From: Candidatus Spongiisociaceae bacterium
Lineage (GTDB): Bacteria; Actinomycetota; Acidimicrobiia; Spongiisociales; Spongiisociaceae
Direction of reading: 5' to 3'
Assembly (NCBI GenBank): GCA_965202665.1
Contig: OZ241841.1
Coordinates: 2,144,001-2,208,000, forward strand
DNA: 64,000 nucleotides
Positions 9,117 through 18,645 of this stretch are shown here, one piece after another (the first letter of the stretch is position 1; every line of letters begins with the position of its first letter). Position numbers and translations under genes: made by a program. The notes below the pieces were generated by a model. The model was not told the DNA's origin, did no database searches, and saw only the letters and a program-made list of their open reading frames with translations.

Positions 9117-9763
9117 GGGCGGTGGACGCGGGGTGGGCGGTGCGGATGGCGGAGGCGGCCGCCCGGCGGGTGGCGGAGCGGGAAGAGGAACTGTCCCGCT
9201 TGGACGGGGCGGCCGGGGACGGCGACCACGGGGCGAACATGACCGCCGCCTTCGCCGAAGCCCGCCTCCGTTTGGAGCGGCGCCCCCCCGCCGGGCCGTC
9301 CGGGGCGTGGCGGGCGGCGAGCGGGGCTTTTCTGGAAAAAGTAGGGGGCGCGGCCGGCGGCCTGTTCGGGGCTTTCTTCGCCGCCGCCGCCGCCGCCGTG
9401 GCCGGCCAAGACGAGGCGGGTCCCGGCCTTTTGGCCGCCGCCTGGCGCCGGGGTTTGGATCAGGTGCGGCGGGCCGGTCGGGCCGCCCCCGGCCAGAAGA
9501 CGATGCTGGACGCCCTGGCCCCGGCGGTGAAAGCGGCCGAGGAGGCCGCAGCCTCCGGGGAGGACGCCGCCGCCGTCTTGCGGGTAGCCGCCCAAGCCGC
9601 CCGCCGGGGAGCGGAGGCCACCGCCGAAATGCGGGCCGCCGCCGGGCGGGCCCGCTACGCCCCCGACCGCAGCCAGGGCCTGCCCGATCCGGGGGCGGTG
9701 ACCGTCGCCCTGATGTTCGAAGCTTGGGCGGAAACCGCCCCCCGGCCGGCGGAGGCGGTATGA
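9113..9763 (+). CDS. dhaL: dihydroxyacetone kinase-family ADP-binding subunit (DAK2)
   Basis: LSRLDGAAGDGDHGANM, GGAAGGLFG, GQKTMLDAL, GRARY, DPGA; ATGA overlap with dhaK. Confidence 0.9.
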   Translation: MRAVDAGWAVRMAEAAARRVAEREEELSRLDGAAGDGDHGANMTAAFAEARLRLERRPPAGPSGAWRAASGAFLEKVGGAAGGLFGAFFAAAAAAVAGQDEAGPGLLAAAWRRGLDQVRRAGRAAPGQKTMLDALAPAVKAAEEAAASGEDAAAVLRVAAQAARRGAEATAEMRAAAGRARYAPDRSQGLPDPGAVTVALMFEAWAETAPRPAEAV

Positions 9764-11196
9764 AAGAAAGACTGCGCCTGGGCTACGCCGGGGTGGCCTT
9801 CCCCACCTACTACGCCGACGAGCACAACCAGTACCGCCGGGCCATCGACGGCTTGGAGAAACTGGCCGGGGAAATGGATTTCGACCTGACCGCGGTCGAC
9901 GGGGCGGTGGCCGACGTGCCCGCCGCCCAGACCGCCGCCGCCCGCTTGGCGGACGCCGGAGTGGATTTCCTGCTGTTGCAGGCGGCCGCCTGCGCCTCCG
10001 GCGAGATGCTGGAGCCTTTCACCCGGGCCGCCCCCCGCCTGGGCTTGTGGGCCACCCCCGAACCGACCCTGGCGGGTTCCATACAGTTGCATTCGCTGGT
10101 GTCGGTCAACCATTACGCCTCCATCATCCGCCGTCACCTGCGGGAGCGGGGCGTCCCTTTCAAATGGTTTTTCGGCCACATCGAAGACCCCGGCTTCGAC
10201 CGCCGCCTGCGGGTGACCGTCCGCGCCCTGCAGGGAATCAAGGCGATGAGTTCGGCCCGCATCGGATGGATCGGCGGCATCTCCCCCGGTTTTTACAACA
10301 TGAACTTCGACGAAGGGATGCTGCGGGAACGGTTCGGGACGACGATCGGAACTCACGACATCTCCGAAGTGGTGGAACGGGCCGAGTCTTTCCACCCCGC
10401 CCGGGCCGCTTCGGTGGTGCGGACCGCGGTGGAGGTCGCCGACGAAGTCACCGCCCCCGAACTGGGCATGGAGCGCAACGCCCGCCTCTACCTGGCCTTG
10501 CAGGAGTTGGCGGCCGAAGAAGGCTACGACGCCCTGGCCGTGCAATGCTGGCCGTCTTTCCAGGAGGAATACCATATCGCCCCTTGCATGGCCTACAGCC
10601 TGCTGGGTTCCGAAGACGGGATGGCCGTTTCCTGCGAAGGGGACGTGCCCGGTTCGGTGTCCATGCTGCTGATGAATTCCATGTCGCCCCGGAGCGGGTC
10701 CTCCACCCTCCTGGACCTGACCTGCCTGGACCCGGACAACGACGCCATCCTGTTCTGGCACTGCGGGGTGTCCCCCCGCCATTTCGGGGCGGGCAACGGC
10801 ATCCGCTGGGTGGACCACGTCACGCTGGGGCGCAAGTCGGATGTCCGCTACGGGGTGTCGGGGGATCTGCTGTTCGCCCCCCAGACGGCCACCATCGCCT
10901 ACGCCGGCGACCAGTTCCGGGAAATGTTCATCGCCACCGCCCAAGTGGTGGAAACCGGCAATCCCGGCTTCGACGGCACCCGGGGCTGGTTCTCGCAGTT
11001 CCGGCTCAACGGGGAGCCGATCGGGTTGATGGATCTGGTCAACACCGCCATCGTCGGCGGTCATGAACATCATTACGCGGTGGCCCAGGGCGACCTGTCC
11101 TCGGAGCTGGCGGAGGCGGCCGCCTGGCTGGGCATGAGCGCCACCCGCCCGGTTCCGATGCGGGATTACCTGCAGTTGGAGGGGGTGAACGCGTGA
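9760..11196 (+). CDS. L-fucose/L-arabinose isomerase-family protein
   Basis: DALAVQCWP, SCEGDVPG, FWHCG, GHEHH; ATGA overlap. Confidence 0.8.
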   Translation: MKERLRLGYAGVAFPTYYADEHNQYRRAIDGLEKLAGEMDFDLTAVDGAVADVPAAQTAAARLADAGVDFLLLQAAACASGEMLEPFTRAAPRLGLWATPEPTLAGSIQLHSLVSVNHYASIIRRHLRERGVPFKWFFGHIEDPGFDRRLRVTVRALQGIKAMSSARIGWIGGISPGFYNMNFDEGMLRERFGTTIGTHDISEVVERAESFHPARAASVVRTAVEVADEVTAPELGMERNARLYLALQELAAEEGYDALAVQCWPSFQEEYHIAPCMAYSLLGSEDGMAVSCEGDVPGSVSMLLMNSMSPRSGSSTLLDLTCLDPDNDAILFWHCGVSPRHFGAGNGIRWVDHVTLGRKSDVRYGVSGDLLFAPQTATIAYAGDQFREMFIATAQVVETGNPGFDGTRGWFSQFRLNGEPIGLMDLVNTAIVGGHEHHYAVAQGDLSSELAEAAAWLGMSATRPVPMRDYLQLEGVNA

Positions 11197-12089
11197 ACGG
11201 CCGCCTGCAACGTTCCGCCACCGACACCGGCCGCTTCGCCATCCTGGCCTTGGACCATGTCCGTTCTTTCGCCGCCGCGGTGCGGCCCGCCGACCCCGAT
11301 TCGGTCGCCCCCGAGTTTCTGCGGGAGGCTAAAACCCGGCTCCTGTCCGGATTGGGGGAGCGGGCCAGCGCGGTGCTGGTGGATCCCGTTTTCTGGAGCG
11401 GTCTGCCCCCGGAGAGCCGCCGCCCGGCCAACGGGGCGGGGATCGTGCTGGGCATCGAGGACGGCGACTACCACCGGGCGGCCGCCGCCCCCCGGCTGTT
11501 GCCCGGGTGGGATGCGGAACGGGCGGCCCGGATGGGGGCGGACGCGGTAAAGATTTCCTTCTACTACGACCCGGACGGGGACAGCCCCGCCCCGGACCGT
11601 TTCCTGGCCGAGGCGGCGGCCCAGTGCCGGGCGGCCGACATGCCTTTGTTCTGCGAACCGCTGGCCCTGAACGGAGACCCGCGGGCCCGGCGGCGGGCGG
11701 TGCTGGAAGGGGTGCGCCGTTTCGGGGAGTCGGGGGCGGACGTGCTGAAAGTGCAGTTCCCGGGGGAGTTGCGCCCCGACGCCCCCCGCGGCGCCTGGGA
11801 GGAGGCGTGCCGGGAAGTTAACGACGCAAGTCCGGTACCCTGGACGGTGCTGTCCGAAGGCTCCGACTTCCGCCTGTTCGCCGACTGCCTGCGCGTTGCC
11901 TGCCGGGCCGGGGCTTCCGGATTCATGGCGGGGCGGGCGGTGTGGCGGGAGGCCGCCTCCGGCGAGGGCGACATGGAAACCTGCTCCGCCCGGCTGGACG
12001 GCCTGCGGGCCATAGCCGAAGGGGAAGGGGCCGACTGGCGGGACAAGTCCCCGGTCGGATCAGCCCGCCCCGGAGAGGGAGGAAAATGA
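11193..12089 (+). CDS. class I ketose-phosphate aldolase (LacD/tagatose-1,6-bisphosphate aldolase-like)
   Basis: GRFAILALDH, ASAVLVDP, GADAVK, ADVLKVQFP (Schiff-base Lys), PWTVLSEG, GASGFMAGRAVW. Confidence 0.85.
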   Translation: MNGRLQRSATDTGRFAILALDHVRSFAAAVRPADPDSVAPEFLREAKTRLLSGLGERASAVLVDPVFWSGLPPESRRPANGAGIVLGIEDGDYHRAAAAPRLLPGWDAERAARMGADAVKISFYYDPDGDSPAPDRFLAEAAAQCRAADMPLFCEPLALNGDPRARRRAVLEGVRRFGESGADVLKVQFPGELRPDAPRGAWEEACREVNDASPVPWTVLSEGSDFRLFADCLRVACRAGASGFMAGRAVWREAASGEGDMETCSARLDGLRAIAEGEGADWRDKSPVGSARPGEGGK

Positions 12090-13180
12090 CCGACTTTCCC
12101 GTGTTGGACGAGGCCGCCCGGTTGCGGATGATGGAGGACCGGCCGGGGCCGGTGCGGGTCCTGTTCGACACCGACGCCGCCAACGAAATCGACGACCAGT
12201 TCGCCCTGGCGTGGGCTTTGCTGTCCCCCGACCGGCTGCAGGTGGAGGCGGCGGTGGCCGAACCGTTCTCCTTCGCCCATCTCCGCCCCGCCCTGCTGGA
12301 GGCGGCCGCCGCCGAACGACGGGGGGAGCGCACGGAGAACGTGGACAGCGCCCGCAAATGGGCCGCCAACCTGCTGCGGCAGGGCATGGACCCGGAGGAG
12401 TTGGAGTTCGTAACCCCCGCCCGGGGAATGGAACTGTCCTACCGGGAGATACATACCGTTTACGAAAAGCTGGGGCTGTCCGCCGCCGGTTCGGCCCACC
12501 GGGGGGCGGACCGCTACATGACCGCCCCCGACGTCCCGGTGGAAAGCGAGGGGGCTCACCGCATCATCGAGGCCGCCTTGGCCGACGAGGAGAGGCCCCT
12601 GTTCGTGGCCGCCATCGGGTGCGTCACCAACGTGGCCTCCGCCCTGTTGATGGCCCCCGAAATCGCCGCCCGCATGGTCGTCACCTGGACTTCCGGTTAC
12701 CCGACTTGGACCGACTTCTCCAACCGGCCTTCTTTGAACCTGGTGCAGGACCCGCACGCCTCCCGCTTGCTGTTCGACTCGGGCGTTCCGTTGGTTTACC
12801 TCCCCGGCTATCATATCGGAGCGCAACTGCGGTTCTCCGGGCCGGAGATGGAAAGATGGGTGGCGGGCAAAGGGGCGATAGGCGATTACCTCCACCACCT
12901 GTACACCCACAATCCCATTCACGCCCAGCGGGGGATACGGCCTTTCCCCGGCCAGTCGTGGGTGATCTGGGATCTGATCAACGTGGCCTGGCTGCTGGAA
13001 CGGGACTGGGTTCCCTGCCGCACCGCCCGCACCCCCCGTTTGGGGGAGGACCTGCGGTGGCGCCCCTGTCCGGACGGGCCGCTGATGATGGAGGCCTGCG
13101 AGATCGACCGGGACGCCATTTTCAAAGACCTGATAGCCAAATTGGACGATCAGGACCGGATACTGGAGGTGTACAAATGA
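12086..13180 (+). CDS. nucleoside hydrolase family protein
   Basis: VLFDTDAANEIDDQFAL, AIGCVTNVASAL, NLVQDPHA, VIWDL. Confidence 0.85.
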   Translation: MTDFPVLDEAARLRMMEDRPGPVRVLFDTDAANEIDDQFALAWALLSPDRLQVEAAVAEPFSFAHLRPALLEAAAAERRGERTENVDSARKWAANLLRQGMDPEELEFVTPARGMELSYREIHTVYEKLGLSAAGSAHRGADRYMTAPDVPVESEGAHRIIEAALADEERPLFVAAIGCVTNVASALLMAPEIAARMVVTWTSGYPTWTDFSNRPSLNLVQDPHASRLLFDSGVPLVYLPGYHIGAQLRFSGPEMERWVAGKGAIGDYLHHLYTHNPIHAQRGIRPFPGQSWVIWDLINVAWLLERDWVPCRTARTPRLGEDLRWRPCPDGPLMMEACEIDRDAIFKDLIAKLDDQDRILEVYK

Positions 13181-14229
13181 AGGCGGCGCTGCTTCATCCC
13201 GGCGACGGGAGGCGCATAACCATCGAAGAGCGCCCCCGCCCTTTCCCCGGCGCCCGGCGGGTGCTGGTGGCCCCGCGGGCGGTGGGCGTCTGCGGTTCCG
13301 ACCTGCACTATTACCGGGACGGCCGAATCGGGGAGTGGGTAATCGAAAACCCCCACATTCTGGGGCATGAGTTCGCCGGGGTGGTGGCGGAGGCGGGACG
13401 GGGGGTGGAGTCGGTGCGGAAAGGCGACCGGGTGACGGTGGAGCCCATCATCAACTGCGGGGAATGCGACCCCTGCCGCAGCGGCCTCTACAACCTGTGC
13501 CGGGATTTCCGCTTCATCGGCTCCCCCCACACCGACGGGGCCCTGGCCGGGTTCGTGTCGGTGCCCGCCTCTTCCGTCCATCCCCTGCCCCCGGGGATGT
13601 CCATGGAGCTGGGGGCCCTGGTGGAGCCCACTTCCATCGCGGTGCACGCCGTGCGCCGCAGCGACCTGCGGGGCGGGGAGATCGCCATGGTCATCGGAGC
13701 GGGACCCATCGGGCTGCTCATCGCGGCGACCGCCCTCACCTACGGGGCGGCCGGGGTGTTCGCCTTGGACATCAACAAGCGCCGCCTGCGGGCCGCGGAG
13801 AAACTGGGGGCGTGGCCGGTGGACGTTTCCCGTGACATCCCCACCGAAAAACTGTTGGCCAAAACGGAACCGGACGGGCTGGACGTGGTGTACGAGGCGG
13901 TGGGCGGCCCGGTCACTTTGGAGACCGCCTTGCAGGTGGTGCGGCCCGGGGGCAAAGTGGTGGCGGTGGGGGTGTGCTCCGAAGAGAGGATTCCGTTCAA
14001 CCTGATGCTGGCCCAGTCCCGGGAGGCCGACGTCATCCCCGTCTTCCTGGGCCGGGACGCCTTCCCGGAGGCCATCGAACTGTTGTCGTCGGGCGCGGTG
14101 GACGGCGAAGTCCTGCTGGGGGAGCCGTTCCCGTTGGAGCAGACCGATCTGGCCATTCAGATGGCGGCCGCCGGGGCGGACGGCCCCATCAAAATAATGA
14201 TCCGGCCCAGCCGGGAAGGGGAAGGTTGA
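13177..14229 (+). CDS. zinc-dependent polyol/alcohol dehydrogenase (sorbitol dehydrogenase-like)
   Basis: GVCGSDLH, LGHEFAG, CGECDPC...NLC, GAGPIG. Confidence 0.92.
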   Translation: MKAALLHPGDGRRITIEERPRPFPGARRVLVAPRAVGVCGSDLHYYRDGRIGEWVIENPHILGHEFAGVVAEAGRGVESVRKGDRVTVEPIINCGECDPCRSGLYNLCRDFRFIGSPHTDGALAGFVSVPASSVHPLPPGMSMELGALVEPTSIAVHAVRRSDLRGGEIAMVIGAGPIGLLIAATALTYGAAGVFALDINKRRLRAAEKLGAWPVDVSRDIPTEKLLAKTEPDGLDVVYEAVGGPVTLETALQVVRPGGKVVAVGVCSEERIPFNLMLAQSREADVIPVFLGRDAFPEAIELLSSGAVDGEVLLGEPFPLEQTDLAIQMAAAGADGPIKIMIRPSREGEG

Positions 14230-15236
14230 TGGCCAAAATGTGGTTCGACGCCGACGCCGACCCGGCCCACATCCGGGGCAAGGTCATAGCCGTGGTCGGG
14301 TTCGGCAACCAGGGACGGGCCCAGGCCCTCAACCTGCGCGACTCCGGTTTGGAAGTCATCGTGGGCAGCCGCCCCGACTCCTCCTACGAGCAGGCCGCCG
14401 CCGACGGGTTCACGGTGGTTCCGGTGGCGGAGGCCGTTTCCCGGGCGGATGTGGTGTTTTTCCTGGTTCCGGACGAGGTGATGCCGCAGGTGTTCGAAGC
14501 CGACATCCGCCCCGGCCTGCGGGCGGGCGACATGCTGGTGTTCGCCAGCGGCTACAACATCGCCTTCGACCTGATTACCCCCCCGCCGGACGCGGACGTG
14601 GTTCTCATCGCCCCCCGGATGATCGGGGCCGGGGTGCGGGAAACCTTTTTGAGCGGGGAAGGCTTCCCCAGTTTGGCGGCGGTGCATCAGGCGGCCACCC
14701 CCCTGGCCTGGGAGCGCACCCTGGCCCTCTGCCGGGGAATCGGCTCCACCCGCATGGGGGTCATCGAATCCAGTTTCCTGGAGGAGGCCACGGTGGACCT
14801 GTTCGCCGAACAGGTGGGATACCTGTACGCGGTGCGCCGCTACTGCGAGGTTTTGGTGGAGGCGGGATGCAGCCCGGAGGCGGCCATGCTGGAGTTTTAC
14901 GCCTCCGGGGAGATGGTGGAAACCTCCAAGGCCTACCGGGACATCGGTTTGTGGGATCAGATCGTCCTCCATTCCCGCACCAGCCAGTACGGGCAGGAGG
15001 TGACCGCCCGGCTGTCGGCGACGGAGGAGGAGGCCGAGCGGGAGCGGTTGCGGGGGATCATCGCCCGCATTCAGGACGGAACTTTCGCCCGCCGCTGGTC
15101 GGCGGAGCAGGCGGCCGGCTTCCCCGAATTCGACCAGGTGCGGTCCGAGAACATGAACCATCCCCTGCGGGCCGCGGAACGCCGTCTGTACCAGACGCTG
15201 GGCCGGACGGGGGAGGAGGTTCCGGCGGGCGGCTAG
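14229..15236 (+). CDS. ketol-acid reductoisomerase-family protein (atypical IlvC paralogue)
   Basis: GFGNQGRAQALNLRDSG, LVPDE, DLFAEQ are conserved; FASGYN, APRMIG and LEFYASGE are non-canonical. Confidence 0.85.
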   Translation: MAKMWFDADADPAHIRGKVIAVVGFGNQGRAQALNLRDSGLEVIVGSRPDSSYEQAAADGFTVVPVAEAVSRADVVFFLVPDEVMPQVFEADIRPGLRAGDMLVFASGYNIAFDLITPPPDADVVLIAPRMIGAGVRETFLSGEGFPSLAAVHQAATPLAWERTLALCRGIGSTRMGVIESSFLEEATVDLFAEQVGYLYAVRRYCEVLVEAGCSPEAAMLEFYASGEMVETSKAYRDIGLWDQIVLHSRTSQYGQEVTARLSATEEEAERERLRGIIARIQDGTFARRWSAEQAAGFPEFDQVRSENMNHPLRAAERRLYQTLGRTGEEVPAGG

Positions 15237-15401
15237 GAGATTTTGCGCAACACGGCGATTAATTGCCATTATCTAAAGAAAAGGAGGAAAGAAAAAACCG
15301 AATTTAATATGACGGCGGCCTTTACGAGGGGATAGTATGAGAAAAGGCTTCCCGGAGGCCGCGCCGGTCTTAGATAAAAACAACCCAAGGAGGCAAATCA
15401 A

Positions 15402-16802
15402 ATGAGATACGGAAAATTGCTAAAGGCCTCGGCGCTGGTGTTCGTCCTCGCCTTGGCGGCGACGGCGTGCACCCGCACCGAGACCGTGACCGAGACCGTG
15501 GAGGTTACGGTACCCGGTGAAACCGTGGTGGTCACGTCGCTGGTGACCGAGGAGGTGGAGGTGCCGGGCGAGACCGTGGTGGTTACCGAGACCGTGGTGG
15601 TCACCGAACCGCAGACGGGCCCCACCGGCGCCGGACTGCTGGACCTGGACAACTCCGAACTGGGCGGCATGACCTGGGACGACATCGTGGCCGCCGCCGA
15701 CGGCAGCCGGGTGAACTGGTTCATGTGGGGCGGCAGCGCGGTGATCAACGCCTACGTCAACGAATGGGTGGCCGAAGAGGCCAAAAACCGCTACAACATC
15801 GACTTGAACCAGGTTCGCATCACCGACACCGTGAACGCGGTGGACACGGTGCTCAGCGAAACCCAGGCCGGCGAGTTTACTTCCGGTTCCATTGATCTGA
15901 TCTGGATCAACGGTGAGAACTTCAAGACGATGAAACAGGGCGGCCTGTTGTTCTGCGGCTACTGGGACGTCATGCCCGCCATGTCAAACGTTGAGCAGGA
16001 CGCCGGGCACATCGCCTATGACTTCGGGACCCCGGTGGAGGAATGCGAAGTGCCGTGGAACTTGGCCCAGTCGGCCGTGTTCTACAACAGCGACTTGGTA
16101 CCGGAACCGCCCGCCGACTTGGACGCCCTGCTGGAGGCGGCCTGCGCCAACCCGGGCTCCTTCACCTATCCGGCCCCGCCCGACTTCACCGGCAGCGTGT
16201 TCGTGCGGCACGTGTTCTACGACGTGGCCAACGACATCCTGCCCGGCGGATACCAGGACATGGTGGGAATCCCCTTCGATCAGGCCATGTACGATCAGGT
16301 GGCCCAGGCCACTTGGGATCGCCTGAACGAGTTGGAGCCGTGCCTGTGGCGGAGCGGATCCACCTACCCGGTGGACCAGCCCGCTTTGGAACAGCTGTAT
16401 TCCAACTCGGAGGTGAGCCACTTCCTGGCCTACGGCCCGGCTTCCGCCGGTTCCAAGGTGGACAACGGCACCTTCCCGGAGAGCACCCGCACCTACGGGT
16501 TGTCAAGCGGGCAGATCGGCAACACCAACTTCGTAGCCATTCCCTACAACTCCCCCAACAAGGCGGCCACCCTGGTGGTGGCGGACCTGCTGCTGAGCGT
16601 GGACGCCCAGTTGCAGAAGGCCTACCCGGACGTGTGGGGCCAGATCAACGTGTTGAACGCCGCCAGCCAGTCGGCCTTCGCGGACGTGCCCCGGCATCCG
16701 TCGGTGGTGGACCCGGCCGATGTCATCGGCCTGCCCGAGTTGCAGGGCGACTGGGTTCCCAAGATCGAGGAAGGCTGGGTAGCCAACGTAGCCGAGCAAT
16801 AA
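15402..16802 (+). CDS. ABC transporter substrate-binding lipoprotein (YnjB-like)
   Basis: Lipobox ATAC, TVTETVEV/PGETVVVT stalk repeats, WFMWGG, DLIWINGENF, TYPAPPDFTGSVF, IPYNSPNK; RBS AGGAGG. Confidence 0.88.
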   Translation: MRYGKLLKASALVFVLALAATACTRTETVTETVEVTVPGETVVVTSLVTEEVEVPGETVVVTETVVVTEPQTGPTGAGLLDLDNSELGGMTWDDIVAAADGSRVNWFMWGGSAVINAYVNEWVAEEAKNRYNIDLNQVRITDTVNAVDTVLSETQAGEFTSGSIDLIWINGENFKTMKQGGLLFCGYWDVMPAMSNVEQDAGHIAYDFGTPVEECEVPWNLAQSAVFYNSDLVPEPPADLDALLEAACANPGSFTYPAPPDFTGSVFVRHVFYDVANDILPGGYQDMVGIPFDQAMYDQVAQATWDRLNELEPCLWRSGSTYPVDQPALEQLYSNSEVSHFLAYGPASAGSKVDNGTFPESTRTYGLSSGQIGNTNFVAIPYNSPNKAATLVVADLLLSVDAQLQKAYPDVWGQINVLNAASQSAFADVPRHPSVVDPADVIGLPELQGDWVPKIEEGWVANVAEQ

Positions 16803-16811
16803 GCGGAAACC

Positions 16812-16852
16812 CGTTTGGCGGCGCGCCCCTCCGGGGGCCGCGCCGCCAAACG
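16812..16852 (+). terminator. GC-rich stem-loop after the substrate-binding gene (attenuator or mRNA-stabilising hairpin)
   Basis: CGTTTGGCGGCGCG (16812-16825) pairs perfectly with CGCGCCGCCAAACG (16839-16852); no clear U-tract. Confidence 0.6.
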
Positions 16853-16871
16853 CCCGCCTTACGGCCCGTCC

Positions 16872-17786
16872 ATGACCCCCAAACTTCTCAAAGCCCCCCG
16901 CATGGGCGGTCCCCGCCTGTCCGAAAAAGGGGCCCGGCGCCTGAACATCGCCCTTTTGCTGACCCCCGCCATGGCGGTCATCCTCCTGCTGTTCATGGGC
17001 GGCCTGGTCACCGGTTTCCTGCGCAGTTTGGGCTATTTTCCGCTCATCGGCCTAACCGATTTCAACCTGGCCGCCTACTTTAACATTTTCACCGACAACG
17101 GTTTCATCCGCAGTTTCATCCTCACCTTCCACATCGCTTTTACCTCCACCCTGATCGCCAGCATCCTGGCCATCGCCTCGGCCATGTTGCTCCGCCCCGC
17201 TTTCCGGGGAAAACGGTTCGTCCATTTCATGTTTTCCCTCAACCTGACCATCCCCCATCTGGTGGGGGCGGTGGGCGTGCTCTATCTGTTTTCCGGTAGC
17301 GGGCTGGTGTCCCGCTTGGTGACCGGGGCGGGGCTGATCGACTCCCCGGGCGAGTTTCCGGCCATGGTTTTCGACCCGTGGGCGATCGGGATCATCATCC
17401 AGTACGTGTGGAAGGAGATTCCGTTCATCGGGGTGATCGTGCTGGCCATTTTGCTGTCGGTGGGGGAGGATTACGAGTCGGTGGCCCGTTCGCTGGGCGC
17501 CAACCGCTGGCAGGCTTTCCGGCACGTGACCCTGCCCCTGATCATGCCGGGGGTGGTGTCCGCGTCGGTGATCGTGTTCGCTTTCACTTTCGGGGCGTTT
17601 GAGATTCCCTGGTTGTTGGGGGCGACTTTCCCCAAAGCCCTGCCGGTGCTGGCCTTCGAGTCCTACACCGATGTGGACTTGGCGGCCCGTCCGCAGGCCA
17701 TGGCCATGGCCATGGTGATCGCCTTTATGAGTTCGTTGATGATTTTCGCCTACATGAAACTGTCCCGCCGCTACATCAGGAGCTGA
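16872..17786 (+). CDS. ABC transporter permease
   Basis: Multiple TM segments, WKEIPF, EAA-like loop YESVARSLGANRWQAFRHVTLP. Confidence 0.9.
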   Translation: MTPKLLKAPRMGGPRLSEKGARRLNIALLLTPAMAVILLLFMGGLVTGFLRSLGYFPLIGLTDFNLAAYFNIFTDNGFIRSFILTFHIAFTSTLIASILAIASAMLLRPAFRGKRFVHFMFSLNLTIPHLVGAVGVLYLFSGSGLVSRLVTGAGLIDSPGEFPAMVFDPWAIGIIIQYVWKEIPFIGVIVLAILLSVGEDYESVARSLGANRWQAFRHVTLPLIMPGVVSASVIVFAFTFGAFEIPWLLGATFPKALPVLAFESYTDVDLAARPQAMAMAMVIAFMSSLMIFAYMKLSRRYIRS

Positions 17787-17787
17787 A

Positions 17788-18645
17788 GTGAGAGCCCCCT
17801 CCCTCCCCGCCCCCACGGATACCGCCGTCTCCCACCGGGCCGCCTGGCGGGCGACCGGCCGCTGGGTGGGTATCACCGGCCTGCTGGCTTTTCTGGTGGC
17901 CCCCATCGTGCCCCTGTTCATCTGGTCCATCAGTTTCCGCTGGTTCTACCCGGCTATCCTCCCCACCGAATACAGCGGGCGGGCCTGGGCGGAGGTGCTC
18001 AACCCCAACAACGACGTGGTGGGGGTGGCGTGGAACACCGCCCTCATCGCCCTGGTGGTGACTTTGCTGTCCGTTCTGTTCGGGGTGCCCGCCGGGCGGG
18101 CCCTCGGTTTGTACGAGTTCCGGGGCAAGCGCATCGTGGAATGGATGATCCTGGCCCCCATCATCGTCCCCGGCCTGGCGGTGGTGCTGGGCATCCACGT
18201 CCTGTTCATCCGGGCCAACCTGTCCAACACCCTGCTGGGGGTGATCCTGGTGCATCTGGTGCCCACCTTGCCCTATATGACGCTGGTGATGTCGGGGGTG
18301 TTCGCCAACTACGACACAGATTTCGAACTGCAGGCCCGCTCCCTGGGGGCGGGCCGCCTGAAAACCCAGTGGTACGTGACCTTGCCCGCCATCTTCCCGG
18401 GGGTGGTGGTGGGGGCCCTGTTCGCTTTCATCATTTCCTGGAGCCAATACGTGCTGACCCTGCTCATCGGAGGCGGCCAAATCCAGACCCTGCCCCTGCT
18501 CCTGTTCAGCTTCGTCCGCTCCGACCCGGCCATCGCCGGGGCGTTGAGCGTGGTGTTCATTTTGCCCGCGGTGCTGGTGCTCCTGCTCAGCTCCCGCTAT
18601 CTGTCCGGCGACAACGCCGCCGTAGGAGGGATCGGAAACATATGA
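17788..18645 (+). CDS. ABC transporter permease
   Basis: TM segments, FELQARSLGAGRLKTQWYVTLP, ISWSQY. Confidence 0.9.
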   Translation: MRAPSLPAPTDTAVSHRAAWRATGRWVGITGLLAFLVAPIVPLFIWSISFRWFYPAILPTEYSGRAWAEVLNPNNDVVGVAWNTALIALVVTLLSVLFGVPAGRALGLYEFRGKRIVEWMILAPIIVPGLAVVLGIHVLFIRANLSNTLLGVILVHLVPTLPYMTLVMSGVFANYDTDFELQARSLGAGRLKTQWYVTLPAIFPGVVVGALFAFIISWSQYVLTLLIGGGQIQTLPLLLFSFVRSDPAIAGALSVVFILPAVLVLLLSSRYLSGDNAAVGGIGNI

